IMG/VR virus record: IMGVR_UViG_3300013121_000024
Location: 64,001-128,000 of that record
Strand: one strand, 5' to 3'
From: a virus
Lineage: Duplodnaviria; Caudoviricetes
DNA length: 64,000 nucleotides
Shown here one piece after another: positions 43,036-51,393 of the stretch; the first letter of the stretch is position 1; each line of letters starts with the position of its first letter. Below the pieces are notes generated by a model. It worked only from the letters and a program-made list of their open reading frames with translations. It made no database searches and was not told the origin of the DNA. A program made the position numbers and the translations under genes.

Positions 43036-45521
43036 TAAAAAAAGCTCTCCAATGAAGATGTGTACTCGGTCTTCCATTTAATTATATCTAGAAACGATTT
43101 AATGGGGTTGAGAAATGTTTTCTCAAATTGTATGTCTCTATCAATATATTTATCCAAACCAAATTCTTTCGGTAGAGTGCCCGGAAAAGATATGGCGTGC
43201 TTCTGTGTTGGATTTTGCTTTTTAAGGTATACCCATTTAATTTTGTCCGTGTCATAAATTGGTGAATAAACCTTTTCAACCCCGTATTGTACCAGCATAT
43301 CATTGTACACTTTAGCACCTGCAACATGAATAGGAACACTATCTTCTTTGTATAAGTACTTGTTTAATCCATTGATGCCGCGGGGAAATGAAATTTTCTC
43401 CACAGGCAACGAATCAAACTCTTTTCGGAAATCCTCAATATAAGCCAACATAGTTTCCTCATCACGTGTCATAATTATATTCAATGCTTCTTTGAGTTTT
43501 GATCTGCAAGCCTCAGGAGTTGAACTTCGTACCGTTTCGATGCCCATCATTTTCAACTTAGGCTTCTGATATCTCTCTCCTTCCTCATCCCAGACATTGA
43601 ACACATAGTTTTTCTTAGCTCTCCAAAGTGCACGATCACCAATGTTTTCACGTTTCATGTGAAGCACATCTTTGTAAGCATTTGTATTTTGCATCAGTTT
43701 GGATGTAAGGGATTTAATTTCAGGCGCCAGAAACTCTTCCGAAAACTGGTCCAATTGAGTTATACGGTCGATACCATCACATTTAGGTAGTGTATGGAGT
43801 GTAATATACAAGCTATCGGTGTCGGATGCAATAACATAGTCCACATTAGAAGTACTAAAATGTTTGTTCAAGAAGGCATTTATACCCTTTTCCACCCACA
43901 TAATAGCCATCTGGCCTGACATTGTGATAGCAGAGGAGTCATCTGTTGAAAAATATCTGAATCCAGGATTTGCCATAGCGCCATATGCACTATTCAGCTT
44001 AATTTTCTGCGCCAATTGCCAATTGTTAAATTTTACTATATTGTTTTTATTTTCTTGACTAGGGGATATTTTGTCCAAATTTTTATACTTGTTCAGTTCT
44101 TTTCTGTACTGTTTTCTGTTCTCGAATTGCATTTCCATAAGACGTGGAAAAATACCATGAATATCCTTTCGATAAAAAGCTCCATTACCACACACAGCAA
44201 CATTAGTAAATACATTACCACTTAGGTCTACAATATCTTTTACCTTTCTGCCGGCCAGTGCTTGTTCCACTGTGAAATCGGACTTGCCCAGGAATGTTTC
44301 AGGACTAATATTGTAAGCCATGATCAAATGTGGATAAAGGCTTGTAAAATCAAAAGAGACCACATCCGTGTACATTGCTGGTATAATGTCTTTCACGTGG
44401 GCTCCAGGAATACTCACGTTATACTGGTGTGGTTTATTTTGAGGCACCACAATATTCTCGGACATCAATTGGTTGTGTGTTATCACGTCCCACAAGTGCA
44501 CACTTGTCATACCATCATTCAAGTTAACCTTTCCATCATACGCAATGGTGAACACCAATTCCAGGAACTTATTCTTCACCTCTATTTCGTATACGCTATC
44601 CACGTCAACAATGTTATATTCTATGAACCCCTGAGGATCCTTTTCGTAAAATTCCATTAATGTTTTGAATCGGTGTTTCCATTCAATCTTGGGTGTTGGA
44701 ACTTTCTCATGTCTAGAAACAAATCCCAAATTATATTCCTCTAATTGGTTTTTGTTGAATTTTTTGTACACATCTATGTAATCAAGTACCGAAACTCCAA
44801 GAGGTGTATAAATGGTGTGTTCTTTGTTCCTTATGTTTACTTTGCGTTCTGAAAGTATGCCCCAAGGTGACATTTTCTTAACTTCATCTGGTCCCAATAT
44901 ATTGGTGATACGGTTAACAAGGTAAGGCATATCGAACAGGTCAATGTACCATCCTGTAATTACGTCTGGTCTATATTTTTCTGATGTAAAAAGAGCTATT
45001 AATCCCTGTAAAAGTTTAGTTTCTGTATCAAATTTTATGTAGGTGATGTTTTCATCATTTGGTGTATAATCAACCAATCCCAGAACAATCCGTCTATTTT
45101 TGATCCTAATGGTTATAGAAATGATAGTCTGGTCTGCCTTTTCAATGTCCGGAAATGATCCATCGTTGGTTGTCTCGATATCGATATACCAGACCACCAT
45201 CTGGTCAGGATCAAACTCTATGACTTTTGGCCAGTTGTCATTGATGAATGGATACACATATCTGTTGAATCCGTATATGGGAAATCCATGTACACCTTCA
45301 TATTTCTTCTGGAAATTACGGGCTTCAGAGATACTGTTGAAGACTTTCTTTTGCACAGACTTACCGTCCAGTGTGCGATACTTCGTGTCGTTTTGACCTG
45401 ATGTTGTGGTAATGAATAGGTAGGGTTTATAACGGACCGTTTGTTTATACCTCTTACCATCTCGATATCCACAGACGAGAATGTTATTTTTTATTTGTTG
45501 TACGTTGGTGTAAAAATCCAT
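43035..45521 (-). CDS. gp43: Family B DNA polymerase (gp43)
   Basis: DIET, DFTSLYP, KIKLNSAYG, SDTDS, KKNY. Confidence 0.97.
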   Translation of the reverse strand: MDFYTNVQQIKNNILVCGYRDGKRYKQTVRYKPYLFITTTSGQNDTKYRTLDGKSVQKKVFNSISEARNFQKKYEGVHGFPIYGFNRYVYPFINDNWPKVIEFDPDQMVVWYIDIETTNDGSFPDIEKADQTIISITIRIKNRRIVLGLVDYTPNDENITYIKFDTETKLLQGLIALFTSEKYRPDVITGWYIDLFDMPYLVNRITNILGPDEVKKMSPWGILSERKVNIRNKEHTIYTPLGVSVLDYIDVYKKFNKNQLEEYNLGFVSRHEKVPTPKIEWKHRFKTLMEFYEKDPQGFIEYNIVDVDSVYEIEVKNKFLELVFTIAYDGKVNLNDGMTSVHLWDVITHNQLMSENIVVPQNKPHQYNVSIPGAHVKDIIPAMYTDVVSFDFTSLYPHLIMAYNISPETFLGKSDFTVEQALAGRKVKDIVDLSGNVFTNVAVCGNGAFYRKDIHGIFPRLMEMQFENRKQYRKELNKYKNLDKISPSQENKNNIVKFNNWQLAQKIKLNSAYGAMANPGFRYFSTDDSSAITMSGQMAIMWVEKGINAFLNKHFSTSNVDYVIASDTDSLYITLHTLPKCDGIDRITQLDQFSEEFLAPEIKSLTSKLMQNTNAYKDVLHMKRENIGDRALWRAKKNYVFNVWDEEGERYQKPKLKMMGIETVRSSTPEACRSKLKEALNIIMTRDEETMLAYIEDFRKEFDSLPVEKISFPRGINGLNKYLYKEDSVPIHVAGAKVYNDMLVQYGVEKVYSPIYDTDKIKWVYLKKQNPTQKHAISFPGTLPKEFGLDKYIDRDIQFEKTFLNPIKSFLDIIKWKTEYTSSLESFF

Positions 45522-45539
45522 TAAAACAGTAACTCCAAT

Positions 45540-45566
45540 AAAAAAGCCGGACCTCTCGGTCCGGCT
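45540..45566 (-). terminator. Intrinsic terminator or operator hairpin upstream of gp43
   Basis: AGCCGGACC-GAGA-GGTCCGGCT-TTTTT. Confidence 0.75.
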
Positions 45567-45605
45567 CAATATAGGCTAAACACACAGACTTGGCAACAGC
45601 TTTCG

Positions 45606-45839
45606 TTAGTTTAATCCAATAGTGTCCAAAAATTTCCTAGCATCTTCCCTTGTTTCAAATACATCAAACTTAGACTTACCTTCCTCATCTGGAATTGAGA
45701 TGGCACAATGCCATCCTTCAATCTCAGCTATGGCCCCCAAACAGCCGCGGGCCTTTGAATTGTGCATCCTGGACTTTTTAAGGAAAGTATTTTTGAACAC
45801 GTCATCTTGTATTGTTGTTTTGGTTGTATTTTCATCCAT
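45606..45839 (-). CDS. Hypothetical protein
   Basis: Packed ORF. Confidence 0.55.
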   Translation of the reverse strand: MDENTTKTTIQDDVFKNTFLKKSRMHNSKARGCLGAIAEIEGWHCAISIPDEEGKSKFDVFETREDARKFLDTIGLN

Positions 45840-45846
45840 TTTTTAG

Positions 45847-46065
45847 TTATCCTTCTTCATCATTTAATAAAAGTTCTACCAATTCTTTTCCTTTACTAGT
45901 TAAACGCCAGTAGAACTCTCCACTTTCACCTCTCCAACAAAAAAGTAGTCCCTTTTTATATAGGGACTTCAAATCTTCTTTCAGGAGAAGTGCATCAATA
46001 GGTATTTCCGATAAAGCCTGTTCGACCAGGGCATCTTGCTTTTCAATTTCATTCATGCAAATCAC
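45847..46065 (-). CDS. Small winged-helix-like protein
   Basis: L.KKGLL...WRLTSKG. Confidence 0.5.
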   Translation of the reverse strand: MICMNEIEKQDALVEQALSEIPIDALLLKEDLKSLYKKGLLFCWRGESGEFYWRLTSKGKELVELLLNDEEG

Positions 46066-46073
46066 CAGTTTTT

Positions 46074-46149
46074 TGGAGCGGATGGCCCGTAACGCTCGGG
46101 TCCTCTTTAGCTTGGAAGGCTAAGGCACATCTATCTATACCACATCCGC
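46074..46149 (-). tRNA. tRNA-Gly(UCC), non-canonical T loop
   Basis: TTAGC-CTTCCAA-GCTAA, U73, T loop AGCGTTA. Confidence 0.85.
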
Positions 46150-46191
46150 ATTAAACTTTATATAACGTTTACATCTATCCATTTTAAAAAA

Positions 46192-46269
46192 TGGCGAGGG
46201 TGGTAGGATTCGAACCCACGATCATGGTTTTGGAGACCATTGCTTTAGGCCAGGCTAAGCTACACCGAC
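46192..46269 (-). tRNA. tRNA-Trp(CCA) copy 1
   Basis: ATGGT-CTCCAAA-ACCAT; two acceptor mismatches. Confidence 0.8.
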
Positions 46270-46288
46270 ATAACTCTATTATAGAGAA

Positions 46289-46477
46289 CTATATATCCTC
46301 TCTATTAGATAAGATCGTACATGGACCAAATCCAGTCCAAACAATTGACAACACTGTGACAAATGCTCCTGCCAGAAATGACAGGATAGTTATAGTACCT
46401 GTCAAGTCATAGGCCTTGTATAACCAGTTATAGGCCTTATATCGCCAGTTTGGAATTGTATTCTTAGTCTCGGTCAT
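46289..46477 (-). CDS. Small membrane protein
   Basis: One TM segment; start moved out of the tRNA overlap. Confidence 0.5.
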   Translation of the reverse strand: MTETKNTIPNWRYKAYNWLYKAYDLTGTITILSFLAGAFVTVLSIVWTGFGPCTILSNREDI

Positions 46478-46506
46478 ATGTTCACGCCTATTAATTCTAA
46501 ATGAAA

Positions 46507-46580
46507 TGGCACCAGATGAAGGTATCGATCCCTCGTCTTCGGGTTTGGAATCCGACATTCTACCATTGAACTAACCTGGT
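46507..46580 (-). tRNA. tRNA-Trp(CCA) copy 2
   Basis: Loop TT-CCA-AA; T loop ATCGATA; GCCA. Confidence 0.85.
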
Positions 46581-46586
46581 ATAGCT

Positions 46587-46662
46587 TGGTCCCTATCGCT
46601 GGTGCTGACCCAGCATTAAGAGCCTTATGAGGACTCCGCGGTCACCGTCCCGCCCGATAGGG
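46587..46662 (-). tRNA. tRNA-CAU, divergent
   Basis: CCCTATC/GATAGGG acceptor, GAGTC-CTCATAA-GGCTC, atypical D and T loops. Confidence 0.7.
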
Positions 46663-46667
46663 TTAAT

Positions 46668-46739
46668 TGGTAGCAGAGCCACGAGTCGAACGTGGAGAGT
46701 CCGATTTATGAGACCGGATGGAGGCCCCCTCTCCCTGCT
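46668..46739 (-). tRNA. tRNA-CAU (Met-like), reduced D arm
   Basis: CCGGT-CTCATAA-ATCGG, GTTCGAC T loop, CCA. Confidence 0.7.
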
Positions 46740-46923
46740 ATAAAACTTAGAATTAGCGCCGGTTTTTTTCAAGGAAGTGGTTAAGAGACACAATCTCTTC
46801 CGGCAACTTCCTGCCTGATGCCAGAACGCTATAAACTGTATCTGGCTCCCGCCTATTACATAGGTGGGTAATCATTTAACTATGATCATAGTAGACCATG
46901 TTGTTACGTTTGGCAACTGGTAT

Positions 46924-47304
46924 TTAGCCAATGTTTCCAGGTACTTCTACGACCTCGCCCACCTTGGCGCCGAGTATCTTCTGGACGGCTTTCTTGGTGG
47001 CGTCGGACACTTCATGTTCCAAAGCGAGCTTCTTTGGAGCCTTTGGAATCATATTCTGTAAAGCGCCGTTGACCATTTGTGCGATGACATTAAATGGAAA
47101 TACAGAATCTTTACCGATAACATCAAGATTTCCAGTAATATCAAACACATTACCCTTTATTGTTAGAGTAATGACATTTGTTCCGGTCAAATTTGATCCC
47201 CATTCGATTTTGTATACTCCAGGTGCAGTTTTGGTCATTTTATAAGTAGGATGAAATGCACCAATAGAAGTAAAAATCGAAGTTAGTGACGAAAGAAAAG
47301 ACAT
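46924..47304 (-). CDS. Hypothetical late protein
   Basis: TATAAATA at 47353-47360, RBS. Confidence 0.6.
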   Translation of the reverse strand: MSFLSSLTSIFTSIGAFHPTYKMTKTAPGVYKIEWGSNLTGTNVITLTIKGNVFDITGNLDVIGKDSVFPFNVIAQMVNGALQNMIPKAPKKLALEHEVSDATKKAVQKILGAKVGEVVEVPGNIG

Positions 47305-47390
47305 TGCTATTTACCTTTCAAATTGTTTGTTGTTGTGATCTACTTGTACTGGTATTTATACCAGGAGGATCCTGAATCCGACTGGTTCCA

Positions 47391-47801
47391 TTACAAAATT
47401 CCATAACCAGAACCATCAAGGGTGTAGACGACCCTTTTGATTCCGAATTCAGCAATGGCCCTCTCGCAGCCTTCACAAGGCTTAGCCAAACCAAAAATAA
47501 GGGTTTTGTCAGTGGGAGAAGGATATTTCACCCGGACCACGTAAAGTGTAGACTTGGCAATTTCTTCCAAGGAATGGAGGTACAACGCATTCTTGATTGC
47601 ACTTGTTTCCGCGTGCAAAAAAATACTCTCAGCATTCCTTTGAAATTTTACCTGGAAAGGATGTGTTTTCCTGGAGTTTACTCCAAAGGAAATCATATCA
47701 CCTTTGTATACCAGGCCGGCCGCAATACGGGCACCGGCCACCGGTTCTGCACCGGCGGCTAAGTTGACCAGTAAATTAATGTATTTTTCGTCTTTTGTCA
47801 T
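47391..47801 (-). CDS. Cytidine/dCMP deaminase-fold protein
   Basis: HAE and PCEGC zinc motifs. Confidence 0.85.
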   Translation of the reverse strand: MTKDEKYINLLVNLAAGAEPVAGARIAAGLVYKGDMISFGVNSRKTHPFQVKFQRNAESIFLHAETSAIKNALYLHSLEEIAKSTLYVVRVKYPSPTDKTLIFGLAKPCEGCERAIAEFGIKRVVYTLDGSGYGIL

Positions 47802-47803
47802 CG

Positions 47804-47935
47804 CTAGTCTGGGTACCGATGTACTATCACTGCCACAAACAATAACAAACCCCAACCATCATGACCACTGACCGCCACGATAATAGCGCCAACAACACAT
47901 AGGGCCGAAAGATAATCTGATAAATTTGGTACCAT
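47804..47935 (-). CDS. 43-aa membrane peptide (not in the ORF track)
   Basis: MVPNLSDYLSALCVVGAIIVAVSGHDGWGLLLFVAVIV; abuts the deaminase start. Confidence 0.45.
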   Translation of the reverse strand: MVPNLSDYLSALCVVGAIIVAVSGHDGWGLLLFVAVIVHRYPD

Positions 47936-48104
47936 GATTTTCACTTCCAAATCCGTTTTTGACTAGTTGCTCACGTAACTCTTGTTACGTGACCGCATGC
48001 CATGGCATGGCACCGAACTATACCATATCTCGGTTAATTTTTATTCATAATACAACCCTGGTTGGCCATGTCAACCAGTAAAATTTCCTTATAAATTCAA
48101 TAGG

Positions 48105-48542
48105 TTAAATCTTCCGTCCTACCTGGTACTTACAAATTAGCTTCCAATCATCCTTTTCATCATAGTGTAATATTTTAATCTGAGACATTGGCGCCCGGGG
48201 TGATACAATAGAGTTTGGATTTTCTAAAGTAGCCAAGCCCCAGTCCACAAGTAATGAGGCAATAGTATTACGTCGGCCGAGATCATCTTGTGTTATATCT
48301 GTTGGTTTTCCGTCAAGTGCGAAAAGCTCTTTGAAGTGTACAATAGCATATTTACCTTGTTTATGGAGGATATGACAACTCTGGTACAGTGTATTGTCTT
48401 TCTTGGATGCAATACCTATCCTAGATAGAGTCTCTTTAATCTTAAGAAAATCTTCCGGTGTCTTCAACTTGACCCATACAAAACTATTCAGTAGCTTATT
48501 TTGTGTGTTATCACTTTTATTTTTATCGTTACCAACTACCAT
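48105..48542 (-). CDS. regA: Translational repressor RegA
   Basis: DFLKIKETLSRIGIAS, LYQSCHILHKQGKY, HFKELFALDG. Confidence 0.95.
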   Translation of the reverse strand: MVVGNDKNKSDNTQNKLLNSFVWVKLKTPEDFLKIKETLSRIGIASKKDNTLYQSCHILHKQGKYAIVHFKELFALDGKPTDITQDDLGRRNTIASLLVDWGLATLENPNSIVSPRAPMSQIKILHYDEKDDWKLICKYQVGRKI

Positions 48543-48567
48543 TTCTATTACCTTTTCATTCGGAAGA

Positions 48568-48954
48568 CTATGTGTTCTGTCCTCCTTCGCCTAATCTAGT
48601 TTTCAATTCGGCAATCTGATCTTTAGTCAAAGCTTTCACCGCAGATTTTGCCTTACTTCTATTTAGCTGGTAATATTTCATAACAATATCAATGTTAGAA
48701 TCTGGCATTTTTTTGGCCCACTTTGAAAATCTTTTTCTAGGACGCAAAGCATAATAATAATAGTCAAATTGCAATTTTTTATCGAGTATAGGTGAAAGAT
48801 TCATCTCTTCGGAAAACAATATTGTATCAGCAAAATAAGAGAAAAAACGGTTTATTAGAAACGGAGAATAATTCTTTTCGTCCTCGTCCGTTTCCATTAT
48901 ATATTTCTTATTATGTCCGGCCGCATGGGCATAATCAAAAGGATTACTTACCAT
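48568..48954 (-). CDS. gp62: Clamp loader small subunit (gp62)
   Basis: YSPFLINR, RKRFSKW; synteny. Confidence 0.9.
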   Translation of the reverse strand: MVSNPFDYAHAAGHNKKYIMETDEDEKNYSPFLINRFFSYFADTILFSEEMNLSPILDKKLQFDYYYYALRPRKRFSKWAKKMPDSNIDIVMKYYQLNRSKAKSAVKALTKDQIAELKTRLGEGGQNT

Positions 48955-49177
48955 GCTCTAAATCCTTTTTATAGATTTTCTTATAATCATCCAGTAAGAT
49001 GGAACAATTTTCACATATATGCAATTTGAGTATACCATCCGAACACTTCAAATTTATATAATTTGACTTGGGGTCATAAACATCAAATATTTCACCACAC
49101 ATGTGACATCGAGTTTTTTTACCAGAAAACAACTTCCATATATTTTGTAACATTTGTTGTAGGCGTTCCATCATCAC
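48944..49177 (-). CDS. Small Zn-finger protein
   Basis: CxxC...CxxC. Confidence 0.6.
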   Translation of the reverse strand: MMMERLQQMLQNIWKLFSGKKTRCHMCGEIFDVYDPKSNYINLKCSDGILKLHICENCSILLDDYKKIYKKDLEHGK

Positions 49178-50124
49178 ACGAACTCCAATTCGACCATTAC
49201 ACGGATAAGAAACGACGTGAGGTTAATTTCCTGATCGATGACAAATGATGATTTGTAATCATACTCATTTATCAATAAAATTAACTGTGGAATAGATTCC
49301 TTAGTAAAATATGAATTGGCCACATCGTAAAACTTGCGTAGTATTACATGGGTATCAATATCGCTATTTTCGGCTGTCCATTTCCTAATCTCCGTAAAAT
49401 TTTTGTTTTTAAGAAAATCAATGAGTTTTTTGAGCGAAATCTCATCAAAATTTACTAAAATGCCACTATCAATTTTACCGTTTACAGAATAAGCCTGTAT
49501 TTCATTCAGTATATGTCTCCAATCTGGAAAATACTTGGAAATAACCTGTGCAAGTACCTTTTCATCATACTTCACCCCCTCGGTATCCAGAATAACAACC
49601 AGTCTTTTGAAAAATTCCATAGCCAATGTCGCTTTCGCGTCGTTTTTAATGCGAAAGTCCACTATTGAACATCGGGATTGTAAGGCATCAATTATTTTAT
49701 TCTTGTAATTTGCGGTAAAGATAAACCCCGCATTTCCTGTGAAAGAATCCATGAAATTCCGCAAAGACTGTTGTACAGTCTGTGTTAATCCGTCCGCCTC
49801 ATCGAAAATAACATATTTTCGACCTCCAGTGAAGGAAATCGTGCTTACGAAATTGGTTACTTTTGTTCTGATTACATCAATACCAGCATCCAAGGATCCT
49901 TTGATTATAATGTAATCTGCGCCTATTTCTTCCAGCATAGCTCTGGCCGAGGTTGTCTTACCTGAACCAGGACCTCCTACTAACAGCAGGTTAGGTATAT
50001 TCTGTGTATCAACATATCCTTGGAAAGTATCTTTTACTTTCTTAGGCAAAATAATATCGGCCACTTTATGAGGCCGATATTTTTCAGAAAAAAGGAATTC
50101 AGTTCGAGTACTTTCTATCATCAT
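49174..50124 (-). CDS. gp44: Clamp loader large subunit (gp44)
   Basis: EKYRP, GPGSGKT, DEAD, SRC. Confidence 0.95.
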   Translation of the reverse strand: MMIESTRTEFLFSEKYRPHKVADIILPKKVKDTFQGYVDTQNIPNLLLVGGPGSGKTTSARAMLEEIGADYIIIKGSLDAGIDVIRTKVTNFVSTISFTGGRKYVIFDEADGLTQTVQQSLRNFMDSFTGNAGFIFTANYKNKIIDALQSRCSIVDFRIKNDAKATLAMEFFKRLVVILDTEGVKYDEKVLAQVISKYFPDWRHILNEIQAYSVNGKIDSGILVNFDEISLKKLIDFLKNKNFTEIRKWTAENSDIDTHVILRKFYDVANSYFTKESIPQLILLINEYDYKSSFVIDQEINLTSFLIRVMVELEFV

Positions 50125-50172
50125 ATATCATTCCTGTATTTCAGTATTTCAGTATTTCAGTATTTTCATACT

Positions 50173-50577
50173 TCAAGACAAACGGTGTACATCATCCACC
50201 AAAGTTCTATTTTTCAGTTTTAGTTTTGACTTTTCATTTGTTATATAGGTCTTGACCATATCAACTACGAATTTTACGACCTGTGGATTATTGATTACCC
50301 ATTTGAATGCCATATAACCAACCTCAACAACCACCGGGGCGGCACCTCCAATAAATCCATATTTCATGGTAAGTCCTGGAGTGTCTCTACTTTCAAATTC
50401 AAATTCCTCGGTCTTGAACTCCTTGGAAAACCCATATTTTCCTAATTCGGAATCTGTTGGTCTGTGATCATTCCTAGCCAAGGTTGGGTTCCACAAATGT
50501 GGATTCAAATTTTCCAACAGGTATTTCTCTATGTGTTCTTTTAATTCTGCACTAACCTCTATCTTTGGTGTTTCCAT
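50173..50577 (-). CDS. Hypothetical protein
   Basis: ORF with RBS between gp45 and gp44. Confidence 0.6.
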   Translation of the reverse strand: METPKIEVSAELKEHIEKYLLENLNPHLWNPTLARNDHRPTDSELGKYGFSKEFKTEEFEFESRDTPGLTMKYGFIGGAAPVVVEVGYMAFKWVINNPQVVKFVVDMVKTYITNEKSKLKLKNRTLVDDVHRLS

Positions 50578-50597
50578 GGATACTATCCTCTTTTTTT

Positions 50598-51278
50598 TTA
50601 GTCTACACTAGATTCTTGTTCAAGAGCCACATAATATGTAATATACTTGCCTATTAATCTGGCCAACAGTGCCACTTTATTACCAGCCTTGTTCCTAAAA
50701 ATGGTAACATCATAATCATCCGGCCTCAACTTTGCAATATTATCCATCTTAAACACATAATTAAAAGTCTTCTCTGTGTCTCCTAATTCGACACTATATG
50801 TATCGCCTGTCGGATTTTTGATATCCAATACAGAAAGGTCCAACTTCCCATCATTTCCAGAAATATTGAGATGTGTCGCATCTATTACACTAGCTGCTCT
50901 CATTGCTCCTGTATATTCAGATTCAGAAAGTGTGAATGAAATTACCTCTTCCTGTAAAGTAAGTTCTTTCTCCGGAGGCTTATTGATGACCGCCGGATCA
51001 GCATAAACATATTTTGTACTTTTATTACCAGATTTAATCAAAAGATATTTATTCGTAAACTCAAGTTCAAAATCTGGAAACAAAGATAATGCCGAAAGAA
51101 ATCTTGATAAATCGTGTATAGCAAAATCGATTGGTATATCTTCTTCTATCCTGGCAATTGCCAACACCGACTTGGAATCAGAGAGTGTTGACAGTTTTGA
51201 TCCTTTGCGAAAATACAATCCAGGATAAATCTGACCAAGGTTCTTTATCACAGATAATGTTTGGGTAGAAAACTTCAT
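50598..51278 (-). CDS. gp45: Sliding clamp (gp45)
   Basis: FAIHDLSRFLS, YYVALE; synteny. Confidence 0.92.
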   Translation of the reverse strand: MKFSTQTLSVIKNLGQIYPGLYFRKGSKLSTLSDSKSVLAIARIEEDIPIDFAIHDLSRFLSALSLFPDFELEFTNKYLLIKSGNKSTKYVYADPAVINKPPEKELTLQEEVISFTLSESEYTGAMRAASVIDATHLNISGNDGKLDLSVLDIKNPTGDTYSVELGDTEKTFNYVFKMDNIAKLRPDDYDVTIFRNKAGNKVALLARLIGKYITYYVALEQESSVD

Positions 51279-51393
51279 ACTATATATCGCTCCTTATGTT
51301 GACCGATGGTGCCAATTACAAGTGCTATTTGTACACTGGATTGTGTCAACTGGCAACACAATTTTTGCACCAATCATATTTTTTCATAATACA

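Noticed and set aside
50136-50168. GTATTTCA x3-4 microrepeat
   Set aside because: Short intergenic slippage repeat with no supporting function.
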